A DNA stretch of 64,000 nucleotides from Lama glama (lineage: Eukaryota), in NCBI GenBank assembly GCA_028534125.1, contig CM052817.1:89716001-89780000 (forward strand), written 5' to 3'. The translations under genes were made by a program, and so were the position numbers. Of this stretch, positions 30,880-43,500 are shown one piece after another (position 1 is the stretch's first letter; each line of letters starts with the position of its first letter). Under the pieces are notes generated by a model. The model made no database searches. It had not been told where the DNA came from and worked only from the letters and a program-made list of their open reading frames with translations.

Positions 30880-32260
30880 GTACTGGAGTTCCACTACACA
30901 GAAAACTAGCCAAGAGAAATTAACAAAACCTAATAAATGGAGAACAAGTACTATGGTCAGGGATTACAAGAGACACTATTTTAAAATATCAGTTATACTA
31001 ATTGATCTACACACTTTATCCCAAAGTCCCAACTGGGTTTTTGTTGTTGTTGTTGAAATCAACAAGGATATTTTAATTTATGTAGAAATTCAAACGCATA
31101 TGTAAAAGTAGATAAAAACAGCAATGGGAGAGAAGAGCAGAAATCCAGGAATAGATCTTCACCCATAAAGCCACTAATTTATGTGCAATTCAACGTGGAA
31201 GGAAATACTGGAGAAATTGGATATGCATTTACAAAAAGTGAATTCTTACCTCTCCCAACTACCATAAGCAGAAATTAATTCAAGATGGATATTACACTTA
31301 TATATAATAAGAAAACTAAAACCATGCAGTTCCTAGAAGGGAACACTGGAGAACACTTTCATAAGTAGTTCTTAAACAAGATTCAAAAAGTACTAAACAT
31401 ATTTGAAAAAACTGATCAATTAGACTTCATCAATATTCAAATTTTTAGTTCAGCAAAAGATACTGTTAAGTAAATGAAAAGGCAAGTAAAGCCAGGCTGA
31501 AACTAAAAACTCAGATCTAGAACATATAAAGCACTCCAATACATTAACCAACAAGCAAACAAGCAAACAAAAAAAAAAAATTGGTAAAGCACATGAACAG
31601 GTACTTCAATCAGATGGCCAATCAGTATATGAAAAGATGCTCACCATCATAATCACCCATGCAACATAAATTAAAACCACAGTGAGATACCCCTACATAC
31701 CATTACTTAACTTTTAAAAGACTGACAATTCCAAGTGTTAGAGAAGTTATGGAGCAATAGAACTCCCATTTATTGCTCATGAGAGGGCAAATTTTTATAA
31801 CCCCTTGGAAACACTCCTGCAGTTTCTAATAAAGTTGGATATATGCCTATAGCATCATGAACAATTTCCACTCTTTGGTGTATACCCAAGAGAATTAAAT
31901 GCAATGACATACACAGAATGTTTGTAACAGCTTTTTCATAGCTCCAACCTCAGGAGAATGGACAAAAATATTGTTTTTTCTAATAAGGGAATTTTGTATA
32001 GCAATACAAAGGACACTCTTCTGATAAACAAAAACTTCACAGAATCTCAAAAGCAGGTTGAGTTAAAGACCAGATACAAAAATGTACATATTACCTGATT
32101 CCGTAAGAAGTTCCAGAACAGTCAAAGCTAATCACTGGTGATGTGTAAAAATAATATTACCTTAGAGTGGCAGAATTGTTCTATATATCTCAAGTAGCAT
32201 GATGATTTATCAGAGATATAAGCATATGAAAACCATATTTATAGATTTCTCTAATCTGTG
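30880..32260 (+). mobile_element. Ancient L1 (L1ME/L1MC-like) ORF2 3' end and 3' UTR
   Basis: aattaattcaagatggatatt, agatggccaatcagtatatgaaaagatgctcacc, attaaaaccacagtgagatac, caatttccactctttggtgtatacccaagaga. Confidence 0.75.
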
Positions 32261-32411
32261 CCTGGATAAGTGTGTACTCAGAATTTGGCTAATGTTTCTC
32301 AAGATAAATTTCTTCTGCTTCTTTGTTTTTGTCTCAGACAGATGAAAATCAAATGGATGTTATTAATGCAAAAAGATCTCTTCTGAAAGGTGACAGCATG
32401 TTACTCTGAGT

Positions 32412-32433
32412 AAAAAAAAAAAAAAAAAAAAAA
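32412..32433. repeat. A22 homopolymer
   Basis: Read directly. Confidence 0.9.
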
Positions 32434-33006
32434 GCTCAAGCAACATGGTAGAGTAAGAAAAGTTTGTCTTATTTCTACCACCTTCAATCGCCTGTTCCTT
32501 CCCTCATTCCTCGGAAGGCAATTTCCACGGGCCTCTTTGCATTTTCTTGTATACCTGATTTCAGAAATGAATCTCTTTATCAGTTACACCTTGGCCTGAA
32601 ATTTTATCAAGATGAACTTTCTGAGATTTACTATCCTTCGCACAGGCAAGGCCAAACAGATTTCAGTTATCATTAAGCATGTGATTGTTGCAAACTAATT
32701 CTCCTAATGATTCCAATCACCCTGGACACATTCTGCATAGGCTAACTTAATACACCCTACTTTCATATGAAAAGGGAAGTTATTATCTGTAATTGTCATT
32801 ACAACATATTTACTTAATTTCTCACCTCATTGTGAAAAACACTTTACTATGATTAGATAGAATGTGTACTACTAAAAAACTTAAAAATCACTAACCTTCA
32901 TATATTGTGTCTCTGTGAGTATGTGTTCATATTTTGATTGCTTTGATTTGTTTTGGTTTACTTTTCAACCAGTCGAATTGCATAAAGTTATTAAAGAATT
33001 ACTCAG

Positions 33007-33465
33007 TAAGATGGTCAATTTTATGTGTCAAACTGGCTAGGTCATGGTAATTAGCTTTTGATCAAATATGAGTCTAGATGTTGCTATAAAGATATTTTTA
33101 AGATGTGATTGATCAGTAAAGCAGATAACCTTCCATAATGTGGATAGGCCTCATTTAATTGTAATGTGAAGGCTTTAAGGAAAGGACGTAAGACAAAAAG
33201 GAATTCTGCCTCTGGACTGCTTTTGGACTACAGATTACAACATCAACTCTTTCCTGGGTCTTCTATCTCTTCAGTCTGTTGGCCACCCCCACAGATTTTA
33301 GATGTGCCAGCACCCAAAATCTCTCAACTCTCTCTCTCTCTGTCTATCTCTGTCTCACACACACAAACACACAACGCACGCAAACACACATTTATATATG
33401 CACACACATTTCCTATCGGTTCTGCTTTTTTAAAATAAAACCCTAATAATCTAATAACTAATACA
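33007..33465 (+). mobile_element. MLT2 (MLT2D-like) ERVL solo LTR
   Basis: gatggtcaattttatgtgtcaaactggctagg start, gtaaagcagataaccttccataatgtggataggcctcat, CT/CA microsatellite, end tcctatcggttctg...actaataca. Confidence 0.85.
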
Positions 33466-35104
33466 CAGAAGGGTGCTAGAGAGAAAAAGAGAGAGAGAGA
33501 GATGGAAATATGTTTAATTGATCTGTTTCTTTGTAGTAGGAACTACTTCACATTCACAATTTAGTGTATAGAGGAAAACCAGTTAATGTGAGGACACAAT
33601 TGATTGTAAAATGTGTTTACAACACTGTAAACACTGTAAAGCATTTTTATTCCAATAAATTCTTAGAGGAGTAGTAAACTGGACATTTAAAGAAGTTTTC
33701 CAGTCAAAGTCAAAGATATCAAAAAAGCAAAGTCCAATATTTCAGAAAAGGAAAATAAGCCCTTTCCCCCCCAAAAGGTAAAGTAAACAGAATATCCTTA
33801 CATCACAGGAGCAGGTAGATGTTTGCTCTGTCTTTTCTAAAAATAAATATTCTGCACACATTGATAATTTTTATATTTAGGGTATGAACATCTGTTGTTT
33901 AATCATTGTTTTTGCAGTAGAGCAAATATAAAGCATATTTTACCTTAATTAACTCATTAAGGGGAAAATAGCCAAATGCATAAGGCTTATGAGAACACTG
34001 ATTTTAACCACATCACTAGGAATAGAATAGTACCTTGTTCTCTTTATAGCTGTGTTATAGCTCCCTTAGTAATTCAATTACAGTACGGCACTGAACCGTA
34101 TCTGCAGAACATTAAGTGTAGTTAAGCTTTCCAGTCTCTAGAGGTCTCTGCACATCACTTTTTCACTCACTGCTATCCTTGCATCCTGCCAACCTTTCTA
34201 AAACAAACACTTCAACAATGTGTAGACAAAATCATTGCTCTCCAAAGAACACAAACAAATTCTTCACTTATGTGTCTTGCCTCAACCTCACATCTTATAT
34301 TATAAAAGAAATTACAAGAATGTAGAAAGGGCCAAAAATTTAAGAAGAAAAAATTGTTTCTTGACTATTTTTTTTAATCTATGCAAGGAAGATCTTTCCT
34401 TCCTGTAATGTTCTCAGGTACTTGCAGTCTAAAACTGTTTCAGCTATATTATGTGTTTTTAAACGTTTACATAGCATTTTATGATTCTCTCTAATGTTAT
34501 ATATAGCAAACAAGGGTCAATTCAGTTCAACAAATATTTTCTTTTTAAGTGCTTTAGGGTGGGAAAGACAAATAAATGTCGTATTTCTGCATAAAATGCC
34601 CAGAATACAACATGGATGTTGACTGTCACACTTGAAGATGATCAACTCTTTCATCAATATTCCCATATCTTACTAACGTAAAACTGCATGGCATCAGAAA
34701 ATAAAACTTGTGTATAAATTAGCATTTGCCACTGTAGCTCAAACACTGAGGACAGAAAATAAAGACTCATCTTCAAGGCCTAAGTTTCATTTTGCTTAGT
34801 CTCTTTAAAATATATCAAGATCAATCATCCGTCCTACCTGGGAATCTGGTTTATGAGGAAGTTTACACCACTTTTGTATGACTTGCAAAACAGAGCACAT
34901 CTATCACTTGGACATGCAGGCCAGTAGGAAGAAAGCAGACATTGTGATATAGTAATAAAAAGAATCTCAGTCCACTGGAAGTCTAGCAGAACTAGGAAAA
35001 GGGTCTGTCTTTTTGGGAAATGGTATTAGGACCTTTTCTACAGAGCTATTTTTTATCTTTTTAATCACGTTCAATATTTATGACCAAATGTTCCTTTGAT
35101 TATA

Positions 35105-36680
35105 TAAAGCTTAGTATGTTTTAGACACTAAGAACAGTACATATATTAACTCATTTAATCCTTGTTACAACCCAAGATAGAAGAAGTATCACTCATTAAT
35201 AATGCTTCATATTGAAGGTGAGAAAACTGAAAAAGAAGGCTAAGAAATTTTCCTAGGGCTTTTACATGTAGCTATCCAGTTTTCCCAGCACCACTAGACA
35301 GCTACATATAAAAGAATGAAATTAAAACATCTCACACCATATACAAAAATAAACTCAAAATGGACTAAAGACCTAAATATAAGACCTGAAATTATAAAAC
35401 TCCTAGAAAAAAACATGAGCAGAACACTCTTTGACATAAATAACAGCAATATTTCTTTGGATCTGTCTCTTAAGGTAAAGGAAACAAAATAAAAAATTAA
35501 CAAATAGGACCTAATTAAACTTAAAGCTTAAAGCAAAGGAAACCATCAACAAAAGGAGAAGACAACCTACTTGAATGGGAAAAAATATTTCCAAATGATG
35601 TGACCAGTAAGGGGTTGGATTTAAATATATAAACAGCTTATACAACTCAATATCAAAAAACCCCAACAACCTGATTTTAAAAAGTGGGCAGAAGACCAGA
35701 ATAGATATTTCTGTAAAGAAGACATGCAGAAGGCCAACAGACACATGAAAAGATGCTCAAAATCACTAATCATCAGAGAAATGCAAATTAAAAACACGAG
35801 ACATCACCTCAAGTCTGTCAGAATGACTATCATCAAAAAGACCACAAACAACAAATAGTGGGAAGAATGCAGAGAAAAGGGAACCCTGTACACTTGTGGT
35901 GAGAATGTTAATTGGTGCAGGAACTGAGGGAAACAGTGTGGAAGTTTATCAAAAAACTTAAACTAGAACTACCATATGATCCAGCAATTCCACTTCTGGG
36001 TATATATTTGAAGAAAATGAAAACACTAATTCAAAAAGATACACACACAAAATTGTTCAGAGCAGCATTATTTACAATAGCCAAGATACAGAATCAACAA
36101 CATGAGCCCATCAACAGATGACTGGATAAGGAAGACTTGGCATATATGCAGCAGAATACTACTCAGCCATTAGCAACACCATAGATGAAACTGGAGGGTA
36201 TTATGCTTAGTGAAATAAGTCAGACAGAGAAATACGAATACTGCATGTTTTCACTTATATGGAATCTAAAAAATGAAACAAATAAATAAACATAAAATCA
36301 AAACAGACTCACAGATACAGAAAAGAAACTAGTGATTACCAATGGGGAGAGTAGGAGAGAGGGGCAAGATAGGTGTAGGGGATTATGAGGTATAAACCAC
36401 CATGTATAAAATAAGTAAGCTACAAGGATATATTGTACAGCAGGGGGAATATAACTAATATTTTATAATCAGTGGAGAATAACTTAAAAAGATTATAATC
36501 TATAAACATTTTTAATTACTGTTGTATACCTGAAACTAATATAATACTATAAATCAAATATACCTCAATGAAAATAATTAATAAAATAAAAGATAAATTT
36601 TCTTAGGGCTGTATAAGTAAATTATGCTGCTGGAATTCTAAACCCTTCAGTCTGTCTTCAAAACCTGGATTCTTAACCCT
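35105..36680 (-). mobile_element. MIR split by the L1 insertion (halves 35105-35260 and 36611-36680)
   Basis: attaactcatttaatcctt...gagaaaactga...ggctaagaaattttcctaggg joins ggaattctaaacccttcagtctgtcttcaaaacctggattcttaacc. Confidence 0.75.
35261..36594 (+). mobile_element. 5'-truncated L1 with a short 5' inversion (twin priming)
   Basis: Antisense L1 35261-35294, then sense ORF2 3' end (ETVWKFIKKLKLELPYDPAIPLLGIY) and 3' UTR. TSD aaattttcctagggct (35245-35260) / aaattttcttagggct (36595-36610). Confidence 0.92.
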
Positions 36681-37344
36681 TATAAAAACAACAATCTCTC
36701 AAGTAGAAATATCCTACCAGTGATAACAAGAGGGGGGAAACGAGATCAACCAGTTGTATTATCTAAAGAAAGCATCTTTCCAAGTTCATGTTTTAAGACC
36801 AGAGCCAAAATACAGTGAAAAACTTCAGAAGCTTTCTACATTATTAATATCTGATAGAATGACTAAATTATACTGTACTCTTATATATAGACTTTTCTCT
36901 GCTTGGAGATAAATATTATAGCAGTCTTCCTTTACTTCTTACATCTTTACTTCTTGGTCCAGAAGACATGTCACAGAAATATACATACATATTTCATATT
37001 CAATGGAATGGCTAAGGTAGATAATCAAATCATACCTTTATGTTGTTTAGGTATTGCCCAAAAAACGATTGCACTGAGCTTTTAAAGTTATAATATTCTT
37101 ATCTAGTTTCTTATTCTTCTGTGGAATATAAGAGATTTAGACAGAGAGAGAGAGATTTTGTGTGTGAGGGAGGGGAGCGGTGTAGCATCTATACTTGTTT
37201 AATTGATCTTTTTTGTGGATGTAGGAAAAAAATCAACACTCAAAATGTATGGTACAGAGCAAACAAAAGTTAAAATGATGACAAATCTGATAATATTTGT
37301 AAACTGTGGTATATCAATATTTTATGGACATTAAAAGTAAAAGC

Positions 37345-37530
37345 ATGGGTTTAACCAAAGTTCAAATAAAAAGTTTATCCCCTGCTTTTCGTGAGACCTT
37401 AGACAACTCCCCTAAGTAGTATGATTCCTAGTCCTCTCATCTGTAAAATCTGGGAAATAACAATATCTACTTGATTACATTGTGAGGATGAAATAAAATA
37501 AAATCTTAGCAGACTATTGGGCAATAAATT
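37345..37530 (+). mobile_element. MIR SINE
   Basis: gtgagaccttagacaactcccct...ctctcatctgtaaaatctgggaaataac...ttgtgaggatgaaat. Confidence 0.75.
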
Positions 37531-38149
37531 TTAATTTTAATAATGCCTACCATGTCGATGGTGGTGTCTTATACCTAACATTTATACTTAAGCTGGTATT
37601 TGTAATATGAATGATCACCACAATCTCTCATTCCATCCTTTTCCCAATGTTATTGTTGATTCACAGTAGATGACTTAACATCTTATTTTAACAAAAAAGA
37701 TTGAGATCTCAAATAGGGAGTCTGGAACAGGGCTTCATTCCCTAGTCAAGGTCCACAATGCAATCTCATAGCTTTTGTTCCTCATTTCTCTCCATATTCT
37801 GCTCTCGGTTAATGAGAACTTTAAAACATTCTTCTTGCTGATGATTACTAAATTTAAAATTAATTCTGATCCCTCTGATGCAGCAAAAATTCAGAATACA
37901 ATAATAAAGAAAATAATTTTCATCCACAAATGATTTAAATTGGGATTATCAGTATTACTCCAGGCTCCAAACCTAGAAACACTCTTGAAAATCATTTGAC
38001 AAGTAACTCTTCTTAATTACTGCATCCGAGTTTTCATAAAATTGTATTATTTTTAATTGAAATATTTCATTTCCTCATTTTTTCCAAACTAGTGAAACAA
38101 TTCACATGTAGTTCATTATTTTCTAAAACATACAAGTTGAAACAATGCC

Positions 38150-38500
38150 TTTAGTTGGTTAACAAGCATTAAACTAAAGATCCGATATCTAGTAAACTGA
38201 CTCTTTTTAGGTATTGGGAAATACAAAGAAAAAGTACAACATCAAAATTAAATTATTGACTTCAAGGAGTTTAAAATCTAAGTATGGAGCCTAAAAAGAC
38301 TAATATGCCAAACTACAAATGGAATCAAATTTCTCAGAAAAAGTTAACTAAGTTAGAAAAATCTTCACCATAATTCTAAATCTCAAGCAGTGAGCAAAAG
38401 CTTTGATTTTGGCCTTAAAATACGGGTAGAAGATAAATAAGTATAACTAAAGATCAAAGACCTTCCTGGAAAATAATGCCATATAAACTGAGACATGGTA
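38150..38500 (-). mobile_element. L2 fragment
   Basis: aacaagcattaaact...taggtattgggaaatacaaag...tgacttcaaggagtttaaaatcta. Confidence 0.5.
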
Positions 38501-40742
38501 GAAGAAGCAGACCTGTATGCTGTTTAGCTGTGGAAAAGCATCTTTACTGTTCTATTCTTGAGCAGATTTCAAAGCCAGCTGAGGATCTACTAGATGATTT
38601 TTAAACAAGGTTTCAGAAATTTGTTTTGCCATTCTCAGATGAAACTGATTTAAAAAATAAGAGCTCACACTAATACGTATAAATAAAATTTGACCATGCA
38701 TTTAAAAATGCCTATGATGAATGCATTCCCTAAAAATATATTTGAGGAGAGATTTCTAAATTTTGTAATTTAGAAATTATAAAAAGAAAAACATAATCTG
38801 TCCAGTTGCTAAAAATTGCTGCAGAGTTGTCATAACATGAATGTGGATACCATTTTTATGTATTTACAATATATGGAAACGTTGAGACAGAATTCATGCA
38901 ATACCTACATAAATTTTCCTGAAAATATGCTAACATTTTAAAAGGAATGAAATCACATGAAAAGGTAGATAGTCTGTATTTCAATAATATTTTCCATAAA
39001 AATGAACTCTACCACTGCATTCCTGCAGAGCCAGAATTTGAGACTCTGTATGTGAATCCATATTCTCTATTTTGATGTCCATTATCTGGCACCAAAGTGT
39101 ATCTTAAATATCTCTGGGCCAATTTGAGTAAAATATACCTAATGAACTCCACAAATTCTTTCAAAAGATAGAACTCTGAATAATGCTTTATATTTTACCT
39201 CTATCGAAAGGTATTTAAGTAGGTGGCAATCAATCATCAGTCTACAATATTAGTCCTTATTTGTTTGATTTTGTTTTTGTTCTTACTCTTCCATCCTTTG
39301 AAATCTAATTTTTAAATAACCCATTTAGACATCTCTGATATTAATATTTCTCCCAGAAAATATGATTTTCTTTGCAGGCAAATTGGATTTCCAATGGTAT
39401 TATTAATCTTTATACAATTTCCCAGTCTTCTGGCTCTCATTTCTTTAATTTATAAACACTTGCATTTTTCTATGTCCTTCACATACTAAAATAGTTTCTA
39501 TTATAGATCATGAGCATTACTAAGGAAACGCAAATGGCAGTTAGCTGTAACCTTGCAATCTTTATAATATACACACTCACAAAGAAATTTAAACAAATTC
39601 TTAAGTTTACTACAGAAAATTAATAATTTGAAAAGACTACCTACATCCCCTACCTCACCCACACATACACACAAATCATCCTGGTTAAAATGCCCCAGGC
39701 TTTTAAATTTTCTAATGAAAATGAACAGGAGCAAGAGATAGGGGTTGGAGAGGGGTTAGTAAATAGCCAATAGATGTTTAGACAGATGACTGGATAGATA
39801 AAATAAAAATAATTACATGTATTTTTTATTTGTCTTTGTATGTATCCACCCCATTTTTTTCTGTGTTTGAGATGACAGACATTTTTCAAAAATAGCTTTC
39901 ATTTTATTTTCAGTTGTGGCATATACGAATGACAACGTTAGAATACAACACACATCAGTGTTCCATGTATTTTGATAAGCATCTCTCCTCAATTGTCACA
40001 ATAAATTAAAGAAGTAGAGCAAATAATGCACATTTATATGTTTTGAGATTTTAAGCAATTTTTAGCAATTTAGCAACTAAATAATTTTATAAATACACAA
40101 GAAACAGATCACTAAAAAATCTCAATAACTGTTTCATTATAACCAAATTATGATATATATTTTTTCTTTTCAAATATGAAACTTTTATATAAAATCAACA
40201 AATGCTGAACTAGTCAGATTTTTTGGCTGCTTTTTAAATTTCTCAGTAATTGCTTTTTTCCTCCTCTTAACAATTGCTGGCACAAAAATGTAGCATTTTC
40301 TTAACTTCAAACCCAGCTTCCCATAGGGAAGGGATAAGTCATAGTCAATCCCCCACTCTACTCTTACTTCTCTTAGTGAAAAAGAAGAAAGCCCATAATA
40401 TGTCTTTAGCGCGACATGCTTATGTATGTTAAAAATTAGAGTGTATGCTTGCAAAGGAAGTCGTGGCATGGAATAGATACTGTAAATTAACTTTATTTAC
40501 ATACACTAGTCATCAGTAACAGCAGTATACAGTTACTGAGTTAAGGAATTATGGGTCATATACATTCTTTGGATATTATAAGTCATAAAAGAAGCTCAAG
40601 ACAGCCTAACAAATAGCATTATCTTGATGGATCAACACAACCTGATGTGTGGTCCAGATTTCAGGTTCAAAACTTTTTCCACAATGAGGTCTTGAAGAAT
40701 TATTCTGGCTAAACCTCTAGCTGCAAGAAGACTTACACTACT

Positions 40743-41058
40743 CAGTGCTGTAGCCACTAACCACACTGGGCACTTTCATTGTGGCAAGTTCAAACTGGTA
40801 TGTGCTGTAAGTGTGAAGTAACACAAGAGAATCTGAAGACAGTATGAAACAAGAAGAATGTAAAATATATCATTAATAACTTTATATCAATTAAGTGTTG
40901 AACTGCTAATACATATTTTGGATATACTGGGTTAAGTAAAATTGTCAGAATTAATCTTATGTTTCTTTTTACTTTTTGATTGCAGCTGCTAGAAAATTTA
41001 AAATTACATATGTGGCTCATATTTGGAGCTAGAATTGCATTTCAATTAGATAGTGCTG
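40743..41058. mobile_element. MER33 (hAT-Charlie) DNA transposon fossil
   Basis: cagtgctg...tagtgctg ends; tgtgctgtaagtgtgaagtaacac, attttggatatactgggttaagtaaaat, ctagaaaatttaaaattacatatgtggctc. Confidence 0.85.
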
Positions 41059-41061
41059 GTT

Positions 41062-41170
41062 TAGACCATAAGTCCTCTGAACAGAGGGGCCATTCCTGTC
41101 TTGTTTTAAATTGTATTCTTAGTACCTACTGTGAATGATCAATAAATGTGTTGAATGAATTATTAATGAA
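41062..41170 (+). mobile_element. L2 3' tail
   Basis: tagaccataagtcctctgaacagagg...tcaataaatgtgttgaatgaat. Confidence 0.7.
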
Positions 41171-42059
41171 TACCAGAGTCTTAAAATCAGGGTACCCTCT
41201 TCCTTGAACATGGCTAAAGACACCCTGAAAAACCTTTGCTCTCTTACTTCTTTGCTTTTTAAATTTCAAACTGACCATTACCCTTCTGTTTATTTTATCA
41301 TCTATCAGGTTTTCCTTAATAATCCACTGTTTTGCACTTTCAGGTATGTTAATATATAAACATCTCCTTCCTTTAAGCCCCAGTCCCTCGAATGGCTTCA
41401 AGTTCCAGTCTCCTTAGACAATTAATTGCATCTTCTGCCATAGGGTGCTATGCTGTATAGTTCCTTGTCAACTCAGCACCATCTTTAGCCTCTTCAAAGG
41501 TAAAAGAACTATATTTCCCAGAATCTCTTTTCTGTATAGTTTCAGGTCCCAGGTTGGAATCTGTCACTGAGAAGCACTTGCTCAAGATTTATAAGGCAGA
41601 AAAGGCTTAGAATATTATTTTCCCAAGTCAGTTATAGGGAGATGCATGGGCAGAAGGAAGTTCATAGCTGCTTTAGGTAAACTTCTCTTTAAGGAAAAAA
41701 AAGAAATAAAACTTATAAGTAAAATTCCTAGAGCCACTCCCACAGTCTTAGAAAGGACCTATGCAAGGGAGCAGTCCCAACATTTACCCTTTGCTAGCCT
41801 CAATGTCAGTCCATCCCTGCATCAGCTATCTCAATCAGCAACACAGATGCAGAAGCTCCTCAAGAAGTTTACCTGATGTATTTATTTTAGATGATTTTAA
41901 ACTCCTTCCAGACATTCATTACATCACCAATATTAATCAGCTGAGCAGGTAAGAACATCTCAAGTATAGGAATACACATATGCACACACTTTTTCATATA
42001 CTGACAAAAATCAAAGCAGAAGAAAATAAATCTGCCATGAAATCCCATCACTTTATATA

Positions 42060-43500
42060 CCCATCTGCCAGAAATTTTGCCCACATACTTCTGATCACCC
42101 TTCTGTTGATGTAAATCAACTCTGTGCTCTTAATACTCCCCTTTCCTCCAGATTCCATCCTTCCTTGCCTACTAAAGAACACTGTTCCAGTGATTCATGC
42201 TTCTATGTGTTGTTTCAACTTTTTACCTATTAGTAATTTTCATGAATATTCAAACATGTCATTATTTCTCTTATATGTTAAGAAAAAAACCACTTCTCTT
42301 GACCTGACTTTCTCTTTCCCCTTTATGGCAACTTGCTATAAAGTGTTACTCATACTCACAGTCTCTAATTGCCTTTTCTCCTATTTTCCTTTGAGTCCAT
42401 TGTAATAGCTTCAGTTAACCATACTTCCACCAAAAATTCTTTGTGCGTATGTGTGTAATACTTTCACAAGTCGTCAGAGACTACAAAGATTGCCAAGTCT
42501 AAGAGTCTGTTTTCTGTCAGCAGCCTACTTGCTGTGTAAGCGTTCTCGAACCTTCTCCTTAACTGTTGTTGATTTCTTCTGACCACAACACTGTCCTAGG
42601 TCTCCTCTGTTATTGCCAGTCACTCCTTTTTGGTCTCCTTGGCTGGTTCTTTCCTAACAGTTAATATTGGAATGTTCCAGATTTCAATTTCTCTCTCTCT
42701 CTCTGTTTATTTGTTCGTTTGTTTTTATATGAACCGCCTCCTTGAGTGATCTCATCCAGTTCCAGGGCTTTAAATAGAATTTTTATGCAGACAACTTCAA
42801 AATTTATAACTTCACATATTTTCCCCTCAACTCCAGCCACATACATTTAAAAGCCAGCCTTCTATACCTACATATCTTCATAGTTAACTAACAGGCAAAT
42901 TAAACTTAACATGTTCAAATCTGAATCTTTACCAGAGGCAACCTCCCCTCACAGCTTTCCCCCTTACACAAATGGCAATTTCATTCTTCTAGTAGATTAA
43001 GCCAAAATCCTTGAATTTATCTTTGATACTTCTATTTTTTCCACACCCCATATCAAATCTATCTGCAAGTCTTTCAAAACCAACAAGAATCAAATCACTT
43101 ACGATCACTTCTACTACTAAAAGCCACCATCATCTCTCATCTGGATTACTGCCATATTTTGAAGCAATATCCTAATTGGTCCACAATTTACCCTCATCAA
43201 AGTGTTCATAATCTATAATGATTTGGAGAAACTATAATTTAATGCATGTCATATACCTACTCAAAACTTACTGTCTTCCTATGTGACTTAATAAAGCCAA
43301 ATGATTTTACAATGCTCTAAAGCTTACAAAAACTGAATCCCAGTTACCTTTTTGACCTCATCTCCTACTAATGTCTACTTGACTATGTTTCTCCAGTCAT
43401 AGGGCCTCCTTTCTTGAGCTGACTAGGCATGTTCCCCTGGAGAACTGGATGGTTCACTTACATCCTCTTTCTGAATATCCACCTTTACAGTCTGACCTTC
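42060..43500 (+). mobile_element. L2 (L2a-like) long fragment
   Basis: Pyrimidine-rich L2 blocks: gtgatctcatccagttccagggctttaaat, aaacttaacatgttcaaatctgaa, aagccaccatcatctctcatctggattactgc. Confidence 0.8.

Noticed and set aside
32412..32433. A22 run as the tail of a retro-insertion
   Set aside because: No TSD or upstream polyadenylation signal found.
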